Of a stretch of 64,000 nucleotides of DNA, positions 36,221-48,747 are shown piece by piece. The position numbers and the translations under genes are program-made. Source of the DNA: Somniosus microcephalus (taxonomy: Eukaryota); contig CM126220.1 of assembly GCA_052327205.1 (NCBI GenBank), forward strand, positions 52,018,001 to 52,082,000. Direction: 5' to 3'. The notes beneath the pieces were generated by a model. The model saw only the letters and a program-made list of their open reading frames with translations, was not told the DNA's origin and did not search any database. Every line of letters starts with the position of its first letter. The first letter of the stretch is position 1.

Positions 36221-38081
36221 TATGTGAGCATGCAAATAAATTTATTGCATGCTAAATTGCTAAAGCATGAAGGGAGCTTTGTTCTGAGTGAGGTTGGGTT
36301 GTACATTGTTTAAAATCATTGATATGTATACAAGAACCGGAAGAGATGTGACTTCAGTGCTATCGGGTATGACAAGCAAAAGAACCCACAGGTGGCTGGA
36401 GATTACATAAGAACATAAGAAATAGGAGCAGGAGTTGGCCATTTGGCCCCTCGAGTCTACTCCGCCATTCAATAAGATCATGGCTGATCTACCTCAACTC
36501 CACTTTCCTGCACTATCCCCATATCCCTTGATTCCCTTAATATCCAAAAAATCTATTGATTCTGTCGTGAATATACACAATGACTGAGCCTCCACAGCCT
36601 TCTGGGGTAGAGAATTCTAACGATTCACCACCCTCTGAAGAAATTTTTCCTCATCTCAGTCCTAAATGGCCGACCCCTTATTCAGAGACAGTGACCCCTG
36701 GTTCTAGATTCCCCAACCAGGGGGAACATTCTCCCTGCATCTACCCTGTCAAGCCCTGTAAGAATTTTGTATGTTTTAATGAGATCACATCTCATTCTTC
36801 TAAACACTAGAGAATATAGGCCTAGTCGACTCAATCTCTCCTCATAGGACAATCCCCCCGTCCCAGGAACCAGTCTGGTGAACCTTTGTTGCACTCCCTC
36901 TATGGCAAGTATATCCTTCCTTACATAAGAGGACCAAAACTGTACACAATACTCCAGGTGTGGTCTCACCAGGGCATTATATAATTGCAGTAAGACACCT
37001 TTACTCTTATACTCAAAGCCTCTTGTAATAAAGGCCAACATACCATTTGCTTTCCTAATTGCTTGCTGTACCTGCATGTTAACTTTCAGTGATCTGTGTA
37101 CAAGAACACCCAGGTCCCTCTGAACACCAACATTTCCCAATCTCTCACCATTTAAAAAATACTCTGCTTTTCTATTTTTCCTACCAAAGTGGATAACTTC
37201 ACATTTCTCCACATTATACTCCACCTGCCACGTCCTTACTCACTTAGCTTGTCTATATCCCCTTGAAGTCTCTTTGCATCCTCCTCACAACTTACATTCC
37301 CATCCAGCTTTGTATCATCAGCAAACTTGGATATATTACATTTGGTCCCCTCATGAGGCCCAAGCACTGATCCTTGCAGCACCCCACTAGTTACAACCTG
37401 CTGACCAGAAAATGACCCGTTTATTCCTACTCTCTCTTTTCTGTCCTTTATCCAATCCTCAATCCATGGTAGTATATTACCCCCAATCCAATGAGTCCTA
37501 ATTTTGTTTAATAACCTCATGTGTGGCACCTTATCGAATGCCTTCTGAAAATCCAAATACACCACATCCACTGGTTCCCCCTTATATTCTGCTAGTTACA
37601 ACCTCAAAAAACTCGTCAAACACTATTTCCCTTTCATAAATCCATGTTGACTCTGCCCAATCCTATTATTTTATAAGTGCCCTGTTACCATGTCCTTAAT
37701 AATAGATTCCAGCATTTTCCTGACTACTGATGTCAGGCTAACTGGTCTGTAGCTCCCCATTTTCTCTCTCCCCCCTTTCTTAAATAGTGGGTATACATTT
37801 GCTACCTTCCAATCCATGGGAACCATTCTAGAATCTGGCATTTTTGCAAATATCAACCAATGCATCCACTATCTCTATAGTCCCCTCTTTCAAAACTGTA
37901 GGATGTAGGCCATCAGGTCCAGGGGATTTATTGGCTTTCAGTCCCAATAATTTCTCCAGTACTATTTTTTTTTTTACTAATACCCTGTACTAATTTCTTT
38001 CAGTCCCTCATTCTCACTAGACCCTTGGTTCTCCACTATTTCCGGGAAGTTTTTTGCGTCTTCCTTGAAGACAGACACAAA

Positions 38082-38834
38082 GGGCTGGATTTTGTCAATG
38101 GGGACATGATGGAGGCGGGACTCCCACTTTTTGGGTTGTAGTCCCGCCTCCATCGATTTGTGGCCAACCCACGCGATTGTCCCTTGATTGACCTTGTTGA
38201 GCCCGCTCAGCAGGCCAATTAAGGGACACCCGGTTACAGGTGAAGCTGTCAAACACTGACAATTTGACTTCTAACCTGAGTCCTTCTCCACAGACTCGCT
38301 TAGAAATCTCTCCAGAACAGAAAGCAGAATGCTGCAGCTTTTGACAGCTCGCGGCCATTCTGCTTTCTGTGCTGGTGAGATGAGGGACTCCCGAGACCTG
38401 AAGGAAGGAAGCCTGCATTAGTAAGTAAAGGTAAGTAAAACTTATTTAAACACTTTACACACACCAAACACACTTACCTCTGCACTCATGTACCCATCAC
38501 TCACCTGAACACCGGACATCTCGAACCCTCCAAGCCCTTCAGCCCAACGGTCTGCCTCGCTAACTTGCCGTGGTTTGGAGCCGTCGGACAGCCCACACTT
38601 CAGGGCTAAAAATAGGGATTAGGCCAAAAACTGCCTGTTAACTACCTGTTAACAGGCAGTTAATTGGCACTAATCCCTTTCCCGCCTCGGGGAGGCGGCT
38701 CCCAGCACAGGTCAGGTACCCGCCTCCTGGGAAACAGGCATGGGGGCGGGAAGGGTTCGTGCCCCCCAATTCTGCAATTTTCCCCCCACTCCTGCCTCCA
38801 AACCCGCCTCCACGGGGCTTGGAAATTCGAGCCC
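38082..38834. mobile_element. Harbinger-like MITE H2, copy 2 (inside CR1 ORF2)
   Basis: Same ends as 1604-2409 with an AAA TSD; excision restores CR1 AGKLNKYFVSVFKED. Confidence 0.92.
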
Positions 38835-39072
38835 AAAGTATTTGTTTAATTTCCCTGCCATTTCCTTCTTCCCCATTATAATTTCCCCTGTCTCAGCCTG
38901 TAAGGGACCAACATTTACTTTTGCTAATCTTCTCCTTTTTACATACCTATAGAAGCTTTTACAGTCTTTTTATGTCTCTCATTCTGTTTTCCCTTTATCA
39001 ATTTCTTTGTCCTCTTTTGCTGAATTCTAAAATCCTCCCAATCCTCAGGCTTACTATTTTTGGCAACATTAT

Positions 39073-39780
39073 GGCCTAGAAAAACGGGGCGCCAAACTCG
39101 CCCGGGCGCCGGAATTACCGCTCCGGACGGAGCCGCTTGCGCCATCCCGATATTCAGTTTCAGCGTCCCAAACGGAAGCGGGGCGCTGCTCGAGGCGCCC
39201 GCGTCCCTCTTGGGGCGCTGCAACTGAATATTGCAGCGCAACGTGCCACAGCGCCATGCACTGCGGCATGGCGCGCTGCGGTACTGCAGGCCTTCCTCCC
39301 CTCCTTAAAGGGGAGGGGCCTGCACCAGCGCGATCAGAGACCGCAAGTGCTGGCAAAAGAGCCCGGCACCGAGGAAAAGTGCCGGGCTCTTGGGACACAG
39401 CCGGCACTGCCGGGGGGGTGGGGGGGGGGTGCTCAGGAGGCCGGGGACGGCGGCGTGAGGAGGTGCTGGCAGGCGGCCAGCAAAAAAAATGGGCGCCCCG
39501 CACCTCCCCTTTAATTAGCGCCACTACCGCCACAGGTCGGCCCCCCTGAACCGGTCACAAATTGCGACCGGCGTTACAGCGGGGGGCGCGACCAAATATC
39601 AGGGCGGTAGCGGGGCGCTGCGCACACCGATGACGTCATCGGTGGCAGCGCAGCGCTACAGGCTAACTCCGCCATTAGCACCCCGCTAAATTTCGCAGGA
39701 GGCGTGGCCAGTGGCGCTAAACCCACTAAGTGCCCTCTTTGGGTGCTAACTGGTGGCGCAGCCCACTGAATTTCTAGGCC
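39073..39780. mobile_element. CpG-rich Harbinger-like MITE (family H5) inside CR1
   Basis: Perfect TIR GGCCTAGAAA / TTTCTAGGCC with a TAT TSD. Confidence 0.9.
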
Positions 39781-41462
39781 TATATGTTCTTTGATCTAAT
39801 GCTATCTTTAACTTCTCTTGTTAGCCACGGTTGGACCTCTCTTCCTGTAGGGTTTCTGTGCCTTTAAAGGAATGTATATTTGTTGTAAATGATGTATTAA
39901 TTCTTTAATGTTAGCCATTGCTTCTCTACCGTCATACCTTTTAATGTGGTTTCCCAATCCACCTTGGCCAACTCGCCCCTCATACCTACATAGTTTGCTT
40001 TGTTTAGATTTAAGACCCTAGTTTCGGATTTAACTAAATCACTTTCAAACTCAATATAAAATTCTATCTGATCATGGTCACGCTTCCCTAAAGGTCCTTT
40101 TACTACAAGGTTATTAATTAACCCTTTCTCGTTGCACAATACTAGATCTAAAATAGCCTGTTCCCTAGTTGGTTCCTCCACATACTGATCTAGAAAACTA
40201 TCTTGCATACATTCCATGAATTCGTCCTCCACACTGTTACTGCAGATTTGGTTTGCCCAGTCTATATGTAGATTAAAGTCCCCCACGATTACTGTATTAC
40301 CCTTGTTACATGCGCTTCTAATTTCCTGATTTATACTCTGCCCTACATTACAACTACTATTTGGGGACCTAATAAACAACTCCCACCAATGTTTTCTGCC
40401 CCTTGCTGTTTTTTTTAGCTCAACCCAAACTGATTCTACTTCTTGATTTTCAAAGCTAAGATTCATTCTCTCTACTGTCTTTATCCCATCCTTTATTATC
40501 AGGGCTACCCCTCCTCCTTTTCCATTTTGCCTGTCTCTTCTAAAAATTAAGTATCCTGGAATATTTTGTTCCCAACCATGGCCACATTGCAACCACGCCT
40601 CCGTAATGGCTATTAGATCAAACCTATTAATTTCTATCTGCGCTATTAATTCATCTATTTTGTTGCAAATGCTTTGCGCATTCAGATATAGTGCCTTTAG
40701 CTTTGACTTATTTCCATTTTTCCCTGATGTCACCTTGGTCACTGATGCCTTATTACCTTTGTTATTCTCTCTGTCCCTTCCTGACCCACTCTGCTTATTT
40801 TTACCCAAAACTCTATTCTGCTCTAGAGCCTTGACATTTCTTTCACTACTTTTAAATTTACTCTTTCCTGAATCCTCCCAACCCCCCCTTCATTAGTTTA
40901 AAGCCCTGTCCACTGCCCTAGTTATTCGTTTGCCAGGACACTGGTCCCAGCCCGTTTTAAATGGAGCCTGTCACAACAGAACAGCTCCCTCTTTCCCCTA
41001 CTGTTTTCATCTTATCTGCTTATGTTTTAGAAAAGGTTAATATCTTAACTGACCCACCATAGGAAAAACATTTGCTTGATCTTCAAATGAGCCTACTTTA
41101 AGATCAAAATAAAAACAGATATGTAATTGTGGTCGCCAGTTCCCTGCTTCATACTTACTCGGCCACAAAATGGGGCTAACATGGGCTCTGTAAGGAGTTA
41201 TTTTCCCATGTATTGTCCATCGGAAGCTACTGATAAGTATTGAGATTTTTGGACTTTTTCTTTGGTTTGAAACTGAGTCAAACTTTGTGCTTTTTGTTTC
41301 TTGCTGTGTCTTTCTGCTTTTCTGTAATTTTATTTGTAAAAATATTTGTTACTTTTAGCCTAAATGTAATGTACTGACTCTTATTTACTGGCTTTCAAAG
41401 TAGACCGGTAAATATGGTGGGCATTCTACATAGTCACTACTGTAATTAAGGGATAATTATGT

Positions 41463-41570
41463 GCCTACATTACAACAGTGACGACACTTCAAGAGTACTT
41501 CATTGGCTGTAAAACGCTTTGGGGCATCCTGATGATGTGGAAGGCTCAATATAAATGCTAGTTTTTCTTT
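41463..41570 (+). mobile_element. Deu-SINE / L2-type 3' tail
   Basis: cctacattacaacagtgac...ggctgtaaaacgctttggg...ataaatgc. Confidence 0.8.
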
Positions 41571-43129
41571 TTTTTCATGGCGCACTAACCGATTTGTGGC
41601 TTGTCTAAGAGTGCACGCCTTGGTTCATGAGAAAATTGATCTGCTTTTGTAGCTGCCATTTTGCTTTGAGCACTGAGCAAGGAATGGTGTTGAGAAAATC
41701 TGAACTCTAACAGTGACTGTACAGCAAAGACATCTTTAGGTGAAGGCAGCAGATTGGCTAAAATCAAGGCGCAATAAAAGTGGACGCTATCAAGAGTTAT
41801 TTTCCTTTGGGCATGTACAAAAACTAGCAATTAATTATACGTTGAGAAAGAAGAGACAAAACTAAACAGCCAGTGTATTTTTAACGAAAACAATGTGTGA
41901 AAACTTGTATTAATTTGAGCCCTGAGGTATTTACACTGAAGTTTTTAAAGAGAACAAAACCCCAGTGGTGAAGTTTTACATTTAATTATAACTCACTCCT
42001 ACATCTCTCTAATTACCATGAATATCACAGGTGTTAATTATTCCTCAATTCATTTAACCGTGGTCACTCATTTAAACCTGCTGGGTTGCCATGACATCAT
42101 TTTCTTGCCAAGAGTTATATCGGTTTCATTACCTAATGAGAAGAATATAATGCTGGCTTTGCGCCAGAACGGAGTCTTTGGTAACACCATTCACTCATTT
42201 ATACTAAATAACAAGTGTTTAGATAAGACAAATAAGAAATATTCACTGCAGCTGAAAAGAAACGAAAGTAATACAGTGGAGCTTTCCTTCTCCGCCATAA
42301 TCAAGATTACCTCAGAAAGATAATGGAAATTGGTAGATAATCAATAGTCCTTAAATTACACTACCGATTGGTACTGTGAATTTTGAATGTGCTGCATCCC
42401 ACCTCGGTCCTCTGTTGCAGCACTCCCTTCATTTGCTCTGTTTCTGCTGGCAAGATTCGCTGGCACTGGAATAGCTGATCTGCCAGCTCAAAACTCCCCC
42501 ATGCACTCGTTCACGACTGCAGCTGCTGGACCCGTCATAAGCCCAAGCGAGCCGGCCAAAGTCAATATAGTTACATTCAACACAGGCTGCACTTGGTGGC
42601 ACTGGAAGCTGTTTGAACAGGCAGGCTTGTGATTGATTTTTAAGTCGGCAGCTCTGCAATGCTGAGTTTAACGGAGACTGCCAATAGGATAGCTGGAGGT
42701 GACCACATTAGTGCCCACCTTTGTAGCTGGTGGGATGTCATTCATGCTTGAGTAGTATTTTTAGGCCAGTATTTTTAGGTCTGTTGAGGCGGGTGTATGT
42801 GGGTGTTCTGAGCTGGCAGATAAGCTGTTCCAATGCCAGCTGATCTTACTGGTGGGAGCAGAACAGAGGTGAGTGGAGTACAAATAAAACCACCTCCTGC
42901 CAGTCTCTCATTATTCCATTATTCTTGCAGATAATTGAGAACGTGAATAATTGAGGTTGCATTGTGTGAAAAGGAATTAGTTCACAGCAAGGGTTTAGTT
43001 CCCTTCCTAAAATGTGAAGCCACCATGTATGTCAAACATTGATACGTTCAATTATTATTTTTCTTTTTCTGTGTTGAGACATGTAATCCATAAAACTGTT
43101 AGAACCTATTTGTTTCCATTATTTTATAG

Positions 43130-43348
43130 GTTAGCTATCTTCAGCTTGTTCCAGGTGCTCTAAATACAGATGGAAATCAACCACTAGTAGCAGCAGCTGA
43201 AGATACTGTTTACTTAATCAACCCTGATACAGAGCCAAAGGTACTTCACTCCATCTATGGAAATACTGTGACATGCCTGGATGTATCCATTAATCGGGTT
43301 GCCTGTGGTGTCAAAAGTTTTGGTTGGATAATGAGCGATGGCAATAAG
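43130..43348 (+). CDS. FBXW8: FBXW8 internal coding exon C (219 nt, phase 0/0)
   Basis: ttttatag acceptor and gtaagt donor. Translates VSYLQLVPGALNTDGNQPLVAAAEDTVYLINPDTEPKVLHSIYGNTVTCLDVSINRVACGVKSFGWIMSDGNK, versus human VQYLEIVP...VTCLDVSANQVAFGVQGLGWVYEGSK. Not listed in the ORF track. Confidence 0.93.
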
Positions 43349-44159
43349 GTAAGTCCTAATTCTACTATAGAAAGTAATTTTAAAAAATGTGGGAGCAATT
43401 ATGACAATATTTACTATATTTAAAAATGTGTTGACGGAGTTGGATGGAACACCAAATAATACATGATGATTTGGGTTCCACTTTATTCTTGTATTCAGCA
43501 CTGTACTTATGTTCCAACTCATGTCTTGAATCATCTTGAGCTTTCTGCTGGATTTAGCTGCCAACATTCTGTAATATCTGCACTCCTAAATGGCATTTGT
43601 GTGTGATGTGCGGATACATTTTTAGTATTCTTGAAATTCTGTTCAACTTGAGATCTTCTGGTTTATTGGTACAGGATTAGGCAATTTTTTTTTGCAGTTT
43701 CTTTCAGGATTGATCAGTGTTTACTAGCTCCAAATTAGGTGTTAGTTCTTTCATGAAATACCAAAAATAGAAATAAGGCAGAAAACCGATTAATTACATA
43801 TATTTATACTCTTCATCAAAGACTGTTGATTTAAAAAAAAAAATTTCAATAAACTTATAACATATATTCAGACTCTGGAGCTAGGACTAATTTCATATCT
43901 ACCTCGTGCTCAGAAGATTCGCAGTTAATTCTGTGACGATATAATTTGTCTTAATACTCATCCAAGGTTCTAGTATTGGGGCACAGTGCTACTACAAATA
44001 AAATTATACTACAAAATGATTTTGGGAAGGAACTGAAGGCTAGGAACTGTACTATTGTAATATTTAGAGTGCCAAAAACCTATGGAACTGGAAATCTAAA
44101 CTAGCTCAGTGACTATTTTACAATGAACGCTGGTTCAGAGAATTATATTCCTATTACTT

Positions 44160-45050
44160 CTGATTTTAATGATGAGACAACATCTTCTGGAGGAAAATAA
44201 ATAACATTTCACATAAGGACATTGAAGAATAGGTGAAGGAACAAGTGAAGGACAAAGAAAGCCTATTTGGCTGAACTTGAGTTTCTCCAATCTTTGTTCG
44301 TAGCTTATTAACTTTGCATTTGTGATCAGTCTTGATGCTCTTCTGCATCCTTTCCAATGAATGTATATCATTTTTGTGATGTGGTGAACGGAACACAGTA
44401 CAGTATTGCAAATATGGTTTGAACAATCCATTGTCAAGCTTGGTTATTATCTATGTTAGTTGTACTGTTGTGGCTATACATACCATCTTTCTGTTTCTTT
44501 TAAATTGTTTTGCTACATTGCGCAGGAAGAAAAAGTTGGCATTTATATTGTGCCTTATCATGTCCGCAGGTTGTTCCGAAGGACACCTCAACATTGAAAG
44601 GGAAGAGACTATGGAGGTAATTTTAACTTTGGGTGATGGTATAAAATGGTAGATAATAGGATCGGCTGCCCATTTTCCAAAGGAAAAATCGGGCATGGTG
44701 TATAATGGCTGGCTGATCCTATTATCTCCCATTTTCTACCATCAACCCAAAGTTAAAATTACCACCATGTTCCTTCTAAATTTCTCTGAACTAATTAAAG
44801 TCCATTCATTGCATACTTATGCACATTTTTTGTTCTAATATGCGACATTTTATATTTGAGTGTCACATCTCATCAGCATTTGTTTGCTCAATTACTTAAG
44901 ATTCTGCAGATCGTCAGCTGTGCCCTCTGTTTTTGTTTCTTCCACCAATTTGGCATGCTTATAATTGTTTTAAGCATCCGCTCACTTGTGAAGTTGGGAA
45001 CAATAAGGGCCCAAGCAATGGCCTATACAGGACTGCTCCCCATAGTCTGA
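44160..45050 (-). mobile_element. Old CR1 fragment
   Basis: Minus-strand translation FKPYLQYCTVFRSPHHKNDIHSLERMQK. Confidence 0.65.
44613..44766. mobile_element. Short fold-back MITE (Harbinger-like ends)
   Basis: Inverted arms of about 57 bp: GGAGGTAATTTTAACTTTGGG... / ...CCCAAAGTTAAAATTACCACC. Confidence 0.8.
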
Positions 45051-46296
45051 CATTACACCTCGTTAACTGCTCTTATACTGTCACGGTTCCTTACATTTCT
45101 TCTTAGATATATACTTGTGATTGACACAGGGTCCCAGCTGTGTCATCATAAAGTATTTCTCTATTATATCTTGTTCATATGGAATTGTAGTGAGGACAAT
45201 ATCCTGTGATTTTAAAATGGAGCTTGCCAGTTGTTTCTGAAACAATGTCCTTTGTCTTTGTCTTGGACCTGGGTTTAAGTGAATACACAAACACTGTCCA
45301 AGCAGACACACCTTTCTAGCTCTGCTAATATCCTGGATGTGACTGCATCAAGTTGAGATTTTTTGGTTAATACTCAGGCTTTTGAAGTACTATATGTATA
45401 CTAGTTGATTAACTGTGAAAATTCCATGTAATGGCTACTCATCAGAAAGCTTCTTGAATGGAAGATGATTATTCTCTCAATTAACACCCATGACATTTTT
45501 TAGTTAATTCAGTTCAATCATATTTCCATGTCCTAGGCATTGAGACAGAATTTTATGGGTGCAGAGGGATGCACCTATGTCATTAAATGACTCAGTTTAA
45601 AGATTCTGAAATGGATGTCTTAAGATTCTAGAAAGCTTTGTTATTTACAGTCCAAGAAGTAAGTAGCTACATATTGTTCTGCTTTACTCATTTTGATTTG
45701 ATGTAAATTTATTTCTTGTAATAAGTGTTTGCAGTTTTAGCCTGAACTGCATAGTTTGACAGGATGGTATTTTTCTGTCTATTGAAGTGGTCAGGTACGC
45801 ATGATGGGCACGTCATGCATTTTTCAGTGCAAAATATCTCTGAAGAAGGGTAATTGTTAATGTTGTAACTCACTAACCCATGCACTTCAATCAGAAATTT
45901 ATAAAGTTACAACTTGCAACATGCGTCTGCTCAAAACTGCTTTGTTGCTTTAGCATGGACTAAGAGTGCTGGGGGAAGCCTTAATTGTAACAATACTTAC
46001 CTTGTGTATTCTACGTTGTAGTTTTAAAAGTGTCACATTTTCATCAACTGAGATACCTCTAAAGCATATTCCATGCTAGAGTAGTCCAGGCTAAAATACA
46101 ATTAATCCAGTAGTTAAATTAAATTTTATTGTGATCATATTCTGTACCTTATTTATAGCATAAACAATACTGAATGGCATGCAACTGAATGCTGAATTTA
46201 TTGCACTTGTAAGTAGGACCTACTCAACTCACTAATGGGATAAATTGCGTATTCAATAGCTTGCAGTTGCACATCCCGTATGTAAATTATAATGGA

Positions 46297-48747
46297 TATG
46301 CACGGCCACGTCCTCGACCTTGCCATCTCTCGTGGCCTCGCTATTCCCACCGTGTCAATCGCAGATGAGGCCATCTCTGACCACTTCCTCATATCACTCT
46401 CCACCCACATCCCCCCGCTCTCCCAACCCTACTTCCTTCTGTGTCCGCCCTGGAAAAAACTCTCTCTCACAATTGCGCTTATGAAATCCCAACTGTCCAG
46501 CCTTTGGCCCTCCATTCACCACGACATTTCTGCAGCTACCGATCTGCTCAACCACACCCTCACCACCACCTTTGCTGCCCTAGTCCCTATTAAAACAATT
46601 ACTCTATCTCACCCTGGCCGTTCCCCCTGGTACGGCCCTCATCTTCGCTCCCTTAAGTCCAAGGGATGCAGACTTGAACGGATATGGTAGACAACTGGTT
46701 TAGCCATTCACCGCCGATCTAGCTGGACCACATAAAGCATTATCGGGTCCTGCTCTCATCTGCCAAAATTGCTCACTATTCCAGAATCATTGTGGAATGC
46801 AAAAATAAACCCCGGCTCCTATTCTCCACTGCTAACTGTCTTCTTAAACCCCTCTCCCCTGTCTCTTCCACCCTCACCTCCGACAACAAGTGTGAGGAGC
46901 TCATGGATTTCTTTGTCTCTAAGATTGAGACCAGCCATTCAGCTGCCTCTGCCTCTTTCCTTCCTTCACCTAGCCCACTGGGCCAAACTTCCTCTAAGGT
47001 TCCCTCCTGCCCTAGCCCTGAATTCACATCTTTCTCCAGTTTATCTCCGATCTCCCCTCATGACCTCTCTGCGCTCATCTAGTCCATGAGACCCACTTCC
47101 TGCTCCCTCGACCTTATTCCCACCAAACTGCTGACCACCCAACTTCCTTTTCTGACTCCCATGTTAGCTGACATTGGTAATGGTTCTCTCTCCTCAGGTA
47201 CTGTCCCCCCCCCCCCCCTCAAATCTGCCGTCATCACCCCTCTCAAAAAAAAAAAAAACAAAAAAAAAAAAACCCTTGACCCCTCCGTCCTTGCAAACTA
47301 CCTCCCCATCTTCAACTCCTGTTTCCTCTCAAGTCCTTGAACATGTTGTTGGCTCCCAAATCCGTGCCCATCTTTCCTGCAACACCATGTTTGAATCCCT
47401 CCAATCAGGTTTCCGCCTTCGCCACAGTACCGAAACGGCTCTCATCAAAGTCACAAATGACATCCTTTGTGACTGACAAAGGTAAACTATCCCTCCTTGT
47501 TCTTCTTGACTTGTCTGCAACCTTTGACACAGTTGATCACTCCATCCTCCTCCAGCGCCTCTCCACCGTCGTCCAGCTGGGTGGGACTGCACTTGACTGG
47601 TTCCATTCTTATCTATCTAATCATAGCCAGAGAATCACGTGCAATGGCTTCTCTTCCCGCTCCTGCATCATTACCTCTGGTGTCCCCCAAGGATCTATCC
47701 TTGGCCCCCTCCTATTTCTCATCTACATGTTACCCCTTGGCGACATCATCCGAAAACACAGCATCCTTTTCCACATGTAGGCTGACGACACCCAGCTCTA
47801 CCTCACTACCACTTTTCTCGACCCCTCCACGGTCTCTAAATTGTCAGACTACTTGTCCGACATCCAGTTCTGGGTGAGCAGAAATTTTCTCCAATTAAAT
47901 ATTGGGAAGACCGAAGCCATTGTTTTCGGTCCCCGCCACAAACTCCGTTCTCTAGCCACTGACTCCATCCCTCTCGCTAACATCTGTCTGAGGCTGAACC
48001 AGACTGTTCGCAACCTTGGTGCCATATTTGACTCTGAAATGAGCTTCCGACCATACATCCACAGCATAACTAAGACCGCCTATTTCCACCTGCATTATAT
48101 CGCCTGTCTCCTCCCTTGCCTCAGCTCCTCCACTGCTGAAACCCTAATCCATGCCTTTGTTACCTCTAGACTTGACTATTGCCAACACACTCCTGGCTGG
48201 TCTCCCACATTCTACCTACGTAAACTTGAGGTGATCCAAAACTCGGCTGCCCGTGTCCTAACTCGCACCAAGCCCCGTTCACCCATCACCCCTGTGCTCG
48301 CTGACCTACATTGGTTCCCGGTTAAGCAACACTTCGATTTAAAAATGTTCATCTTTGTTTTCAAATCCCTCCATGGCCTCGCCCCTCCCAATCTCTGTAA
48401 TCTCCTTCAGCACCCCCCCCCCCCCCCCCCCCCGAGATATCTGCACTCTAACTCTGCCCACTTGAGCATCCCTGATTATAATCGCTCAACCATTGGTAGC
48501 AGTGCCTTCTGTTGCCTCGGCCCTTAGCTCTGGAATACCCTCCCTAAACCTCTCCGCCTCTTTACCTCTCCTCCCTCCTTTAAGACGCTCCTTAAAACCT
48601 ACCTCTTTGACCAAGCTTTTGGTCACCTGCCCTAATTTCTTATGTGGCTTGGTGTCAAATTTTTGTCTTCTAACATTACTGTGAAGCGCCTTGGGACGTT
48701 TTACTATGTTAAAGGCACTATATAAATACAAATAGTTATTGTTGTTA
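46297..48747 (+). mobile_element. L2 LINE, 5'-truncated (endonuclease end, RT and 3' tail), disrupted
   Basis: GHVLDLAISRG..SDH, QSGFR..HSTETAL, LLDLSATFDTVDH, GVPQGSILGPLLFLIYMLPL, ADDTQLY; tail ggcactatataaatac...ttgttgtt. Confidence 0.95.

Larger units (their letters stand above)
36405..41003 (-). mobile_element. Long CR1 LINE: end of ORF1 plus ORF2 (APE endonuclease and RT), disrupted, with two nested MITEs
   Basis: ORF1 end DRLHLKRAGTSVLAN..ITRAVDRALN*; endonuclease LYLNAQSI...AITEAWL...GDFN; RT YLDFQKAFDKVPH and KFADDTKL; tail (cataagaa)n. Confidence 0.95.
33094..43129 (+). other. FBXW8: FBXW8 intron (about 10.0 kb, GT-AG)
   Basis: Joins exons B and C in frame (QKL|VSY). Confidence 0.88.

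Noticed and set aside
39069-39549. Three overlapping GC-rich ORFs
   Set aside because: They lie within MITE H5; high GC suppresses stop codons and no domain is recognisable.
42370-42900. Possible old MITE (also about 6263-6370, 53555-53770 and 57100-57990)
   Set aside because: TIRs and TSDs are too decayed to define boundaries reliably.
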